A stretch of DNA of 62,546 nt, the filler included, from Basidiobolus ranarum (taxonomy: Eukaryota), in the NCBI GenBank assembly GCA_040143965.1. It is 14 parts of 14 records of this genome, joined end to end, with 100 filler letters (N's around TTAATTAATTAA, not from the genome) between each part and the next. Parts side by side here need not be neighbours in the genome. Positions count along the whole stretch, not along the records: positions 22,438 to 26,816 come from JASJQH010008856.1; positions 26,917 to 31,288 come from JASJQH010008857.1; positions 31,389 to 35,756 come from JASJQH010008858.1; positions 35,857 to 40,224 come from JASJQH010008859.1; 10 more parts are not named here. One strand, given 5' to 3'. Positions 24,050 through 36,302 of this stretch are shown piece by piece; the stretch's first letter is position 1, and each line of letters begins with the position of its first letter. The position numbers were made by a program, and so were the translations under genes. The notes under the pieces were generated by a model, which was not told where the DNA came from, searched no databases, and saw only the letters and a program-made list of their open reading frames with translations.

Positions 24050-25832
24050 TGGCCTAGTAATCTAATATCATGGTGTAGTATAAGCAAGACATATTCAACT
24101 CATGGAACAGTCAGTGTATTTGCAATTCAAATTCTTGCCCAAAACACTTAATGACTGCTTAAACACTGTTGTCATACTTCCCATGAACATATTACCTCCT
24201 GGACAACCACTAACAACTTGTTCAATGCATGTGTGGCTACTTTATGTGAAGTCTTGCACTTCATTGTGCCCTACTTCTGATGAAGAGAACTGGTCTTCTT
24301 GATTTGCCACAGTTTTGTGTAAGATTCATTATTTGTCAAGACTTAGAAAATGATTTCTTTTGCTCTAGGTCAATTATTTGGTTGGTGCTTTTGCATGGCA
24401 AGTCAGCTTAGACTGTTGAGGTTTAGTATCAACACTGTAATATAGAATGATTGAACATGCTTTGGCTATGTTTAGCAGATAGTGTGCCTATAATATGATG
24501 CCCTTATCAGCGGCATCTAGTGCATAGTCATCTCCTGAGTAGACTTTCCTTTTCTGGATAGGTTTTAAGCTGGAAAACAGGTCTGTCTTGTTTCACATAT
24601 GTTGGGAAGCTCCTGAATCAATGTAACACATTTCTGAGCCTACCTTTGTTATCACTAATAGGGCAAACATAAATAGATGCCCCCTATCCGTGCTTTCTTG
24701 ACTTGCTTGTTCTGATTTTAGCTTTTTGGCAAGAATCCTTTTTCTGCAATCAGTAAATAAAAGGCCTGGTTTCTTGCAATACTAGCAGAAAATTGATTTC
24801 CTATCATAGGTGCCATTTTGAAGCCTGTTGAATGTTTTACAGCTCCTCAAAATGCCTGACCTGCAATATTTTGCTGAGAATTAGATCTACTTAATTCCCT
24901 GTTCAAAACGCTGGCACCAACATCTTCCATTGTTAATGGCTCTGTTATTGATTCTAGGGCAATTATGAGGTTCCCAAACCTGTCTGGCAGGCTCCCAAGT
25001 AGTGTCATTACTAAGTCATCTTCATTTAGAGGTGCCCCAATGTATAAGAGCTGATCTGCCAGTGTTTGTACAGTATTTATGATTAAGCATTGAATCATCA
25101 GAGTTTTTGTGAATGAAGAGCAAATTTTGGCCTAAGATATAGCCTAGTAGCCAGACATTTTGTCACAAATGGTCCCTCAAGTGCTTCCCAAGCAGTTTGG
25201 AGGATCTTAGAAGAATGTATGTATCTCAATGGAGAGTTTCTGAGATGCTGACAAAGTGTAGTGTGCTTTTATCAGCATTTGCTAAGGGCATGGAGACCTT
25301 GAGGTGAACCCTTTGGCTTTATGTCTGCTCCTGTAACAAGTCCCCAATGTTCTTTGTCTTCTATACAACTTGTAACTTGCCCTTCTAAAGTCCACTCCTT
25401 CAAACTTCTCTGTGGATACACAAACATTGGTAATAGTACTGGTAGACATTCCTTTAAGAACTTGCTTGGGGCTCATAACCAGATAAAAGTGTTTAGGAGA
25501 CTAAGAAGTGTTTTGCACAAGATTTGAATTGGTGAATTAGATGCTAAAGTTATATCAAATTTAATTTGTCCCATTCATGAGTTACTATGAAATAGGACTA
25601 TTTGACATGTTTATATCTTCACAAACATGCTTGTTGAGTTTGGGTGAAAATATAAGGTGATTTGGGGAGGTTTTGAGAAAATAGTGAAAATTGGTGAAAG
25701 TGATCTAATTGATATATATATCAATTAGAGCAATAAATAAACATTTTTAAGTGGCAGAATTGAGCACCAAACAGTCAGAATATGAGTTAACTAACTACAA
25801 AATAATGAGTTGCTATTTACCTCAATTTAACA
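24050..25832 (-). mobile_element. Copia family A 5' part (LTR 25832-25481, PBS 25480-25469, gag, protease, start of integrase), degenerate
   Basis: PBS GGTTATGAGCCC and gag DDLVMTLLGSLPDRFGNLIIALES; homologous to 909-2800. Confidence 0.9.
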
Positions 25833-25839
25833 TAATTTG

Positions 25840-26549
25840 CAAATCAAATCTTGTGCAATACATTTCCAAATCCCCCAAAACACTTTTATCAGTTTATGAG
25901 CCCCCAGCAAGCTCTTAAAGGAATGTTTACCAGTACTATTATCAATGATTTTGCATTCACGGAGAAGTTTGATGGCAAACACTTTCATCTTTGGAAGTTC
26001 AAGATGCTAACGGCTCCAGAAGACAAGAACCTTTGAAGATATGTTACTGGAGAAGAAATACTGCTAAAGGGACCACCAAAAGCTGTCCTGCCCTTCTACA
26101 AGAAGCAGATGAAAGCTCGCTTTACACTCCTTTAATATCTTGGACACTTTTAATTGAGGCATATACACTGCACCATAGGTGTCCAAATTGCTTAGGAAGC
26201 ACTTGATGAACTTTATGAGACTAGAAGTCTGGCTGATAGGCTATATTTCAGGAAAAAATAGCTCTCAATTCAGATGTATTCTGATAATTCTATGGCTAAT
26301 CATATAAATCAGCCAAACACTATAGTAGATTAGTTCTCATCCATTGGAACACCTCTGGATGAAGATACATTAGTCATGACCCTACTCAGGAGCATGCCAG
26401 ACAGGCTTGGGAACCTCATAATTTCCCCAATTACAAGATCCAAGCCACCAACAATTAATTGTGTGCATGCTAAGCTTTTGAATAAGGAATTAAGGAGATC
26501 TAATTATCAGCAAAATCATGAAAATCAGGCATTTTTTGAGGCAGAAAAA
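25840..26549 (+). mobile_element. Copia family A (3' end of LTR, decayed PBS, gag), back-to-back with the previous copy
   Basis: CACTTTTATCA-GTTTATGAGCCC followed by EKFDGKHFHLWKFKM. Confidence 0.85.
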
Positions 26550-26816
26550 TGTTGAATAAAGAAATTACTTAGGGAGAAATATTGGTCTGGCCAGGATTTG
26601 AACCTGTTACCTGCTTCACTCTAGCAAGTTGCTCTAACCACTGAGCTACCAGTCCTTTTATGCTATGCCTATATTGCTAGGGAACCTTAACCTAGTATGT
26701 CAATGTATGGTACTTTGGCATTTCAGCTATACAAGCAACTGATTGGCCTTAGACTTTGTGTTCAGATACAGTCACCATACTCCATATTTTCCTCTTTGGG
26801 AATTACTGCTTGTATC
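26550..26816 (-). mobile_element. tRNA-containing LTR (copy 1), inserted in copia-A gag and cut by the contig end
   Basis: Reverse complement aligns with 33552-33810 and ends ...TTCAACA. Confidence 0.85.
26583..26655 (-). tRNA. tRNA-like sequence (pseudo-tRNA, nominal anticodon AGA) inside the LTR
   Basis: GGACTGGTAGCTCAGTGGTTAGAGC...GGTTCAAATCCTGGCCAGACCA. A and B boxes intact; anticodon stem disrupted. Confidence 0.75.
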
Positions 26817-26916
26817 NNNNNNNNNNNNNNNNNNNNNNNNNNNNNNNNNNNNNNNNNNNNTTAATTAATTAANNNNNNNNNNNNNNNNNNNNNNNNNNNN
26901 NNNNNNNNNNNNNNNN

Positions 26917-27986
26917 CCCATGTTGTCACCTATGATTCAATGTAACTTGAATTGGTAACAGCCAATACCTTAATCGATTGTGCCTTCAACTGCTATCAAA
27001 TTCCGCTAATAATTAAGCTATTATTACGCCGGATGGTTTTGTTGAAATTCCTATGATCGGGTCCCAAGTGATTGCCCAAATTCCTGATATAGAGGCCTCA
27101 GGATCCGTGGAAGAAGAGTGTGAAGAATTGCGCCCAGATCGTTTGTTTGCGAAAAGTTTTGGCCGTTCAATGATGGTTGGGTACTGTTCAAAGTATATGC
27201 CCGACTTTGTATTGATGGGACTACCAAGATTTGACTTTCTGGATGAGTTGGAGAATGATTTGAAAGATTCTGTTCAGGTATTTAGATGTTGATTATGCAT
27301 CCAGGCGACAGGTTTTTACTGATTGAATCATTTTCAGTACCATGTGGACGGACCTGTATCACAGTCGAGCTGCATCGTAGCTGACACCAATACCTGGTAA
27401 GAGCTTACTCTTTCCCGCCTTTTTTTCATTGGTGACCATTCTAACATAGACATATCAATACTTAATAGGCAATGCAACCTAGTGGATTATACATCCAAGC
27501 CTCCACTTTTGGATTCAAGTTTTGAGGAGAATTTTGTTCAGAAAAAAGGGGTCACTATACAACGGATATTGCCGTCAGATTTCGTTCGACAAACCCTCAC
27601 CCAAATCCAGAGTTTGGCCCGTCTTGGCATCCCGGCGAAATCCGTAAGTCGTTCAGCATTTTATGTGGCCGTTTATAAACTAAAACCAACTTTCTTTTTG
27701 AATCGAAGTGTGCTGGATACTTCGAAGATATGCTTCAAGAGTTGTTTTTGAAGAGCTGTGTTGTAGCGGAATTTTTGGAGAGCCAGGAAATGGACCGAGC
27801 AATTGATCACAAAGCTCTTGGAGCAATCGTAAGGTAAGCAATGGAATTTCTGTGGATGCTTAATAATAATGATATTTATCATTTCCATTCGTTTATAGCC
27901 TTAAGGAGTCTGATATGCCTTTACTCCTTTCCATTGCCAAAACCCATAGTCTCAAGTTTACTCGAGATTTGAATAGGAGAATATGA
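26917..27986 (+). CDS. Folliculin-interacting protein (FNIP/Lst4 family) C-terminal exons, 5' part missing
   Basis: FGRSMMVGYCSKYMPDFVLMG, SCIVADTNTW, FEDMLQELFLKS and ESDMPLLLSIAKTHS match FNIP_C. Several short GT-AG introns; stop TGA at 27984-27986. Confidence 0.88.
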
Positions 27987-29130
27987 AGATGTAGACGCGG
28001 ATTTACCGAAATCCAACTAATGAGAACCAATATATCAGACATTATTTTGATTTTCACGTGAAATACTTATACCAAAACAATAGCAACATACAGGACATAG
28101 ATATGCTTTAACCTCCTTGAATGTTGACAAGCCAAGAATGCGATAGTTGGCCACTATTTCTAATTAATACTTCGTAATCTATCCCGAATCTACACCAATT
28201 AATATCTATCTCTGGAAATCGTACCCTCTCCTCCCTAAGCAAGCAAGGTAACCCGACAGAAAGTAAGCTAATGGTGACATACTGGTAACTATTTTTCGAT
28301 CATTGGGAACCCAAGTAGTCAGCTTATTTCAACGGAGTATTCTATGAATCCCCACGGAGAAACCTACCACTTTACTTACACCCTACAATTTAAACATTTT
28401 CATTTTGCTCGTTTTCTGGATTTTCAACAAGATGTATTTGTAAATCACCTGACATTTTTTAGTGTATATATATATCCTTTATATTTGATATATTCTTCAC
28501 TTCTATTTTCGTTTTCTATTTTTTAGTGATTTGAAATTTCGATAAAATTCATGAATCTTGGATAACTAATGGGTTCATCATATTGTGATCACTTGTTAAG
28601 GGAGATGAAGAGTTTCTTTGAAGAATTGAATACTCTGTATCTGAATGATTATAGTGATCTTAGGAGATGCAATAGGTGTAAGTTTCATTAGGTTTATGCT
28701 TCAATTTCTACACTACTCTTTGAAAGACTCTCCTCAGGAAACAGAATAAGAATAGGAATAGACAGAAGGGTTCCTAGACGATGATGATGATTCAGGTATC
28801 CTTGCTGTCAATGATTAGGGTTAGGGTTGGTATAAAAGAGATGGGAAATTTGTCAAGGAATAATAGAAAAAAAACAAAGGTTTTACTGAGTACATAATAA
28901 TAGAATCGTTTAAAGTATGTGAGTTCTGTAAGTAAATTGGCAACAAAATGAATTTCCCCCTGGAGAAACCAAAAAAGAAAGCACATACTCCTATTTCTTT
29001 TTTATGAAGAACAATAAATAACTACTAGTTGTATGGATGGAGTAAAAATAAAGTAATATATCAAGTAAGAAAGTTTTGAAAGGTAGAAAGAATATGATGG
29101 CAAGATGAAGAGAAATGAGGACAACATAGA

Positions 29131-31288
29131 TTACTTCAATAAATTGATCTTGGCGGATAATTTACTGGGTTCGTTGAGAAGGTAGACCAACTCACGGGTT
29201 TCAACTGAGTCCAACAAACGGACGGTAACCTTAGATGGTTCAGGAATCCCCAAGCTCTTGATAATTGGGAAAAGTTTGGAGCCTAATTTCTGCTTACGTT
29301 CAGGTTCTGGCTTAGCACTTAGTTCAGATACAAGCTGTTCATTTTCTGGTGAGAGAGCGAACGGGCTCTCACTCGTAGCAGTGCTAGATTTAACGAGATC
29401 CAGAGCTCTCTTAGCTTCGGTCACTTTTTGGGAGAGATATTCAGGATTGAAGATAAGCTGAGCGCGCTCGAAGCGAGGAAGGCCAAGTAACAACTCGGTA
29501 ATTTCAGCTACGTCATCTTGCTGAACAGAGGCGACTAATTGATGAATCTTTTGCTTTTCGGCATCAGGACCATACTTTTCTATCAATTCTCCTTGATTTA
29601 CGGACCAAGAACCGTTAGAGAGTTTGGTGCGGGCTTCGATAGCCTTCTCCTCCAAAGCCTTGGGGTATGAGAATAGCAATACAATATCATCCATCTTGAG
29701 AGTGAGTAGCGCATCAATAATCTTGGCGTAGTCTTGTTCTTCGATGGTGTTGAATTTCTTCAATTGAGAGGTTAAACGAGAACTAAGAATACTGTTTCTA
29801 GTCTCAACAGTGAAGGATGAAAGAAGTGCTGGATTAAGTTGAACTTCACCACTTCCAACGAAAGTATTGGCTTCAGATTCTTCGACCTTTCCAGTAGAGG
29901 AATCACTACCGAAAGTAGCAGCTAGTCGTGCTTCACGGATTTTCTTTGGCTCAGCGATGCATACAGTGATAGGTTTAGAGCGAATGGGGCGACCATCTTT
30001 TTCTGACATAGCTCTAGCAGCATCCTCAGGATTACGGAAACTAACGAAGCCGAACCCTTTAGATTTGAGGGTTTTCTCATCCATCATCACACGAGCACTG
30101 ATAATATGTCCGAAATTTTGGAATTCATAGAAGAGATCGGAACTTTTGATGGATAAATCAAGATTCTTGATGTAAAGATTGGAAGGATCAAGGCCAGCAC
30201 TTTTACTAGCATCTGAGCTTCGGACATCATTAGTATCAGGAGTATCGACCTGAGCATAAATGGAAGTGTTACTATTGTTATTTGAAACACTAGTATCGGG
30301 CAAAGCATATTCAGATGCTTGAGAGCCCATATCCTTGAAGCTGCTTTGAGTAGGAGGAGTAAAGAGATCGAAGGAGAGGCCGGGACGTCCACGCATACTA
30401 CCACCAAGAGAACCAACCTTCAGGGAGCTACTGGGAGTTTTACCGGTCTTCTTATCACGGGGAACGTATTGAGTCAAAGTACTGAATAAATTTACGAATA
30501 CATTAACATCAACGTCAATTCGAACAATCAAATTAAAGTGTATACATACATGGCACAACCTTTGTATTCAGCTCCATTCTAAATTCAATAATGATTAGTT
30601 AAAGGAAACCAATCAATCATTCAGCCATATACTAACCATATTTTCATAGGCGGTATTGGTATCATCAGGGTTCCAGTATTGAATCAAACCAAACCCACGG
30701 AAAGTACCATTTTCGTCCATACCGAGCTTACAGAGGTAAATATGTCCAATCTCACGGAACATGTTGTAAATAGAGGTCTCATCGGCCTCAGGAGCGACAT
30801 GCTTAACCATAATGGTCTGGCAAGGAGGCTCCTGTTCAATTTTACCGGAGCTGGGTTCAAAATAGGTAAGACCCATGAGACCTTTATGGCTCTTCATGTA
30901 GGTATTATTCATAGTAGCAAAAGCTCTTTCGGCTATAACAATCGAAAAAAGTAAGATTTAAAAGTAAGTACAAATGTTAGCATTATTCGCAAGAAGAAAC
31001 TTCCCATACCATCCATAGGTGTGAAGAACTCCAACATACAACCAACAAGAGAGTTGGAATGAGCAACACGGAAGCTAGATGAGAAAACGTTGTTCACAAT
31101 GAGTTAACGACACCTTTTGAAAATAACAAAAAGCTGGAATTACCTTTTAGGAGGAGTAGTAGTGAACATGTTTTTCAAGTCGTCCCATGAGGCTGTAACT
31201 TGAATAGTACGAAAATAGAGACGCGTCTCGGCAAAAGTAGGGGCACTGGGGGTCGTGGGAAGACCAGCTAAAGTGGGAGCGACCAGAC
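29131..31288 (-). CDS. rrm4: Rrm4-like RNA-binding protein (3 RRM plus 3 MLLE/PABC domains), 5' end missing, multi-exon
   Basis: RRMs with RNP1 RGFGLIQY and KGFGFVSF, plus a degenerate first RRM. Three MLLE-like repeats end in RKQKLGSKLFPIIKSLG...KVTVRLLDS. Confidence 0.8.
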
Positions 31289-31442
31289 NNNNNNNNNNNN
31301 NNNNNNNNNNNNNNNNNNNNNNNNNNNNNNNNTTAATTAATTAANNNNNNNNNNNNNNNNNNNNNNNNNNNNNNNNNNNNNNNNNNNNAGAATTAAGATT
31401 TAAGTTAGGATTAAGATATATGAATATTTAGTTGAGTGGGAG

Positions 31443-31819
31443 TGTTGAAGTTTATTGTCTTTATCATATTTGTTATCTCTATCTTTATACACCTAACTAC
31501 TTCATATATCACATATAAGTTAGTTAACATTACTTAGCCAACAGCACTTAGCTGAAAATTGGAGCATATATTATATATATATGTGAATAATGTGAGAATT
31601 AGCAATTCTATAATGGAAATTTCAAACTTGCCCAAATTGCCCCAAAGATAGCTCATTTTACTCCCACAGATTTTCTGAACACAACCCCAGAGTTAGTTTT
31701 CTGTATTTCCACCAACAAGTACAAATGCTTTATTTCTGGACAATAAACAATTATCTCACAAAACTATTCACAACTCCACTTTTCTAAAGTTCCTCCAAAC
31801 AGCCCATATTTTCCCAATA
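31443..31819 (+). repeat. LTR family C (3' LTR, preceded by PPT TTGAGTGGGAG)
   Basis: TGTTGAAG...CCCAATA, with a copia-type polypurine tract immediately 5'. Homologous to 42800-43176 and 45650-46026. Confidence 0.85.
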
Positions 31820-32079
31820 CAAATTAGTGTTCAAGTGGTAATTGTGTAAAATTTGAGTTACATTTTTTGCACATGTGTTGATCCATAGTTCTCAGAGATT
31901 GTAGCCAATCATGCGCAACTATTTTGCAAGATCTTGAAATTTCACTCCCAAAACTGAAAAAATTGATTAAAATCAAATCTAACTTGACAATTTTATGACA
32001 GTAAGTAAACAGTCAATCCCAAATGGACTAAAATTGTGACAGTTTTCTTACAATAACAATACTCAAATTTCTATTAGGG
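31820..32079 (+). mobile_element. Right terminus of transposon D
   Basis: Ends ...ACTCAAATTTCTATTAGGG; homologous to the terminal arms at 16947 and 46064. Confidence 0.75.
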
Positions 32080-33529
32080 CAAACAACCATTTGGACATGA
32101 AGATAGTTTAGTTACTGAAGGATTATAAGTCATACAATTGACAAGTGTTTTCTACTTGCACCAGGTGTGTGGCAAGCAATACTCTAACAAAAATAGAATT
32201 AGTTTGATTTGGATTGGATCCACCCTTCTGAATTGCAAAACTGTTAGCAAACCATCACAATATTGGTGGCTTGCATTCTGCAATGGATTTTGATGGTGAG
32301 ATGGTGGCTTCTTGACAGTATTTTGATAGTATTCTAACATGTTAAAATATTGATCCTCATATATGGCATGCATTAAATGATTTCCAGCAATATTTGCAAA
32401 AATCTAATTTACAAATGGCAAATTACAGGGTTTACTGCTGTAGTAATTTGAATTAACATTCATGTCTTTATTCAGATATTTTAGGCTTTGTATTCCAGCC
32501 ATAATGAGAATCAAAAAATACAACATTCTTGTTGTGTTTAGTCTCTATACATACACACACCTAACTGATCAGACATAACTCAACAACATCAATATGCTTT
32601 ACCAGCAAACTAATGGTGAAAAAGTTGCTAATTGTCTGAATTTATGAATAGCACTGCCACTTGGCAAATAGCTGACTCTTGTTACCATTCACAATCAGAA
32701 AAAGCTCTTGGATTTTGGCACATTTCCATCAAGAATTCAGCCAAATATCCCTGACTTGCAGTCAGCAAATGTCCTGCCCCAAGTAGATGAGTCATTGCTT
32801 GAATAGATTACCCTATGACTAAAACTAAAATACTGCATATCTTGATCTATCTTGCCAAGAAGTCTGTCTTGCAGCTTTCCTAAAATACTGTCAGATGATC
32901 ACACAAACAAATAAGCCCAAATTAAAGAGGTACTTACTCTGTGTCCATGGATTGGGCTTTGTTGCTGTTGTTGTGCTCAAACAATGTGAAAACCTGTGAG
33001 CACATTGAAAAGAGCCCTTTGTTTGAAGGTTAATATACTATGGAGTCTCCTTTACCCATTGCATTCCATCCATTGCTGATTTTGCTGATATATTGTTAAT
33101 TATACTAGCATATGGTAATACCAACAATTGCACAGGGAGCATCATTTCACTACAGGTGCACTCCATTGGGAACTCCCAGAATATATAGCCAGGCCTATGA
33201 TATCAAAGCATTGTGAGAGATGCAGCAAGAAATGTACTGAATGCTGGCATAGATTCAGTGTTTATTCTTTAAATCTTTAATAAAGTTTTTCGTATCCAAT
33301 TATAAAATCTTTCCATTGTTGCTCTATCTGCCTGAGATCTGCCAATGTGAGTTGATGTTATAAAAATATATTAACTATATCCACAAACAACTCCCAACAT
33401 TGCCAATACTTAGCAGGCAGGAATTGTTTCAAAATTCCACTTGAATATATACAAATCCAATACTTACAATCTTTGCATTAGAAAAAACACCTAGATGAGT
33501 GGAAATTGATAGGAATCCTGGTAAAATAT

Positions 33530-33810
33530 TGTCAAAAGTCTGGTGACTTGTGTTACAAGCAGTAATTCCAAAGGAAGAAAATAAGGAGTATGGTGACTGC
33601 ATCTGACCACAAAGTCTAAGGCCAATCAGTTGCTTGTACAACTGAAATGCCAAAGTAACATACATTGAAAGACTAGGTTAAGGTTCCCTAGCAATATAGG
33701 CATAGCATACAAGGACTGGTAGCTCAGTGGTTAGAGCACCTAGCTAGAGTGAAGGAGGTCTCAGGTTCAAATCCTGGCCAGACCAATATTTATCCTAAAT
33801 AATTTCAACA
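33530..33810 (+). mobile_element. Complete tRNA-containing solo LTR (281 bp) with 5-bp TSD AATAT
   Basis: TG...CA termini, with AATAT at 33525-33529 and 33811-33815. Removing it restores the host transposase frame (KLPLYFTRIP). Confidence 0.9.
33713..33785 (+). tRNA. tRNA-like sequence (pseudo-tRNA, nominal anticodon AGA, short variable loop) inside the LTR
   Basis: 73-nt cloverleaf: acceptor stem 6/7 pairs, D stem GCTC/GAGC, T stem TCAGG/CCTGG with TTCAAAT loop, anticodon stem only 3/5 pairs. Confidence 0.8.
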
Positions 33811-35332
33811 AATATAATGGTAACTTGATGATTGCAAGTATTTTCCCATTTGATTCATACTTTGGTCCTATTACAAATGGCTCATTCTTATTCAATTTTC
33901 CACTATATAGCTGAATAAGTAGTATTGAAATGCTGTTGAATAGTAAGTGCATAGTGCCTAATGGGAAGCTTTGGCTCCAGCTGATCCTCTTTGGCAATAT
34001 AACCTTATGACTAATACCAAGTTTGGTGTTAGTCTGACTATTTAGTGAATTGCTAACAGTTGGCATGTTGAAATGTGACCGGGCTATTGATGGTAAAACT
34101 ATGGCATTTAGTGCTGTATTTGGATAGTAGTAATGCATATGCCTGATGGAGTACACTCCATTGATTTGACAAAATCTACAGCAAGATAGTGCATTGGGGC
34201 TACAAAAAACCCTAAGTTTAATGATGGTAGGAGTGTCACCAACACTTACAATGCTTTTAGCTTTAATATAGTATTCACCCATCTGAACCCCATTTGATAA
34301 CCATGCAAATTCCACAATCAAAGGCTCCAAGAAGCTTTCTATAAATACTGGTGATCTAGGTCCAGATATGATGGAAAGTATCAAAATATTATGACTCTTA
34401 TACCTTTCAGAAGGATGAAGATTTAAGTTAATTAGAGTTATTGGCTAGCAAGCCTTGCCAATTGCATATTTGTTTAGTGAGAAACCATCCAGAGCCAATG
34501 CAATGCATGATCATATGTGTTCTCAACAAAACCTTGACTTTTCAGATTCTGGTAGTTACATCCATCAAGTATATATGTAATACCATCAGCTTTATGATGA
34601 GTATCTTGGTACTGGATCAATGATCTATATTTAGGTGATTTCATGAAAACTATAAGACAGTTAATGAATTGCATGTAAGCTAAATATGAATGATAGTTAC
34701 CTAATTGAGTGATTGCCAATTGCAAGGAATCAGTAAATGATTTCAGGTTTTTCAGATCACTAGTGAAAGCCAAAAACCATTTGAACATGCAGGTAGTTTA
34801 ATTACTGAAGGATTATAAGTCATACACTTGACAAGTGTTTTCCACTTGTACCAGGTCTGTGGCAAGCAACAGTTGCCAATCAACTGTGGTAAAAGTGTAA
34901 GAAAACCAATAAACACCTGGTTGCTAAGATTAGATTGAACTCTCCACTCCTCAATAATCAAAGCTGCTTCCTTTACTGCAGGTGTTATAAGTGGACTAAA
35001 ACTTGCCAATAAAAAAGAGTCCATAACAAAACTGTTGTCTTCTTCTTCAACTTCTGATATACTACTGTTATTACTGGAATAACCAAGGTCAACATCTAGC
35101 AGCCTGTCCTCACAGTTGTCTGGACTTACTGGTTTGATAAAAGTTGATTTTCTACCTACATCATTCTGATCATGTAACTGTGGTAACTCCACAGTGTCTT
35201 GACTTTTGGCAGTGTTACCAAAATGTTTAGGCAAAGCACAGCCAATGCACTCAGTGGGCAAAACAAAGTTGATTTAGTGCACATATAACTGTTGATATTT
35301 ACCAGGCTTAATGCAGCTGGTGGCTTTGTACA

Positions 35333-35756
35333 TCCTAACAAAAACAAAATGAATTTGATCTGGATTGGATGCACCCTCCAAAATAGCAAAACCATTGTAG
35401 AACTGTCACAATATTGTTGGCTTGCATTCTGCCAGGGATTTTAATGGTGTGAAGGTGGTTTCTTGATGGTATCTTAATGGTATTCATACATGTTAAAATA
35501 TTGATCCTCAAATTTGGCATGGTTATTCATAATCCAGCAATTTTTGCAAAAATATAATTTTCAAATGACAAATTAATGGGTTTACTGCTGTAGGAACTTG
35601 AATTAATGTGCATGCCTCTATTTAGATATTTTAGGCTTTGAATTTCAGCCATAATGAGAATCAAAAAATACAAGAATCTTGTTGTGTTTAGTCTCTACAT
35701 ATGTACATATTTGACTGATTAGACATAACTCAACAACATCAATATGCTTTACCAGC
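35333..35756 (+). mobile_element. Second left terminus of transposon D, nested in the D copy above
   Basis: TCCTAACAAAAACAAAATGAATTTGATCTGGATTGGAT..., colinear with 32182-32607 and 59553-59976. Confidence 0.8.
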
Positions 35757-35856
35757 NNNNNNNNNNNNNNNNNNNNNNNNNNNNNNNNNNNNNNNNNNNN
35801 TTAATTAATTAANNNNNNNNNNNNNNNNNNNNNNNNNNNNNNNNNNNNNNNNNNNN

Positions 35857-35967
35857 CTTGACAAAACTATAAATGTCAACTTTCTACTCAATAAATCAAT
35901 AAGTGAAAACCACCAATTCCTCTAATTCTCCAAACCACTTCCAACAGGCTCCCAAATACTTTAACAA
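35857..35967 (+). repeat. 3' part of LTR family B
   Basis: Near-identical to 11099-11191. Confidence 0.85.
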
Positions 35968-36302
35968 TTGATACATTGCTTTCTGTTTCTGATATATATA
36001 TCATAACAAAAGTTAACTAAGATGTTGAATCAGGATTAATTATCCAACACAATCTAGTGTTTTGTGAGATAAACTACTGATGTAAAGATAGAAAATAAAT
36101 GTGTACTTCAAGCACTCTACCAAGGAAAAGAAAAGACTTGTCAACCAAGAGCACTACTCATAGTTTGTAACCACTTGTCACCTATCTAGTTGAATATTCA
36201 TACTGGTTGCAATATTGATTTTTGGAATTGAAAGTGTTGAGGTGATTTATTACACATTGAAATGTAGGTCAAAATTTATACACTAACATTAGAAACATCC
36301 AA

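Larger units (their letters stand above)
32182..35332 (-). mobile_element. CACTA/CMC-like DNA transposon D: left terminus plus Transposase_21-like pseudogene, interrupted by the tRNA-LTR
   Basis: Minus-strand FLEPLIVEF..L.NG, GDTPTIIK...CCRFC, FPLGTMHLL, LPLYFTRIP and WICIYSSGILKQFLP.KYWQCWELFV resemble EnSpm/CACTA transposase. Left end CTCTAACAAAAATAGAA. Confidence 0.8.

Noticed and set aside
30483-30558. Start of the 475-aa ORF (MCHVCIHF...)
   Set aside because: Mostly intron read-through (GTATGT...TTCAG). The real protein continues from upstream RRM exons.
33713-33785. Functional tRNA-Ser(AGA) or a codon-reassigning tRNA
   Set aside because: The anticodon stem is unpaired and differs between copies, there is no long variable arm, the acceptor stem has a mismatch, and the sequence lies inside a TSD-flanked repeat.
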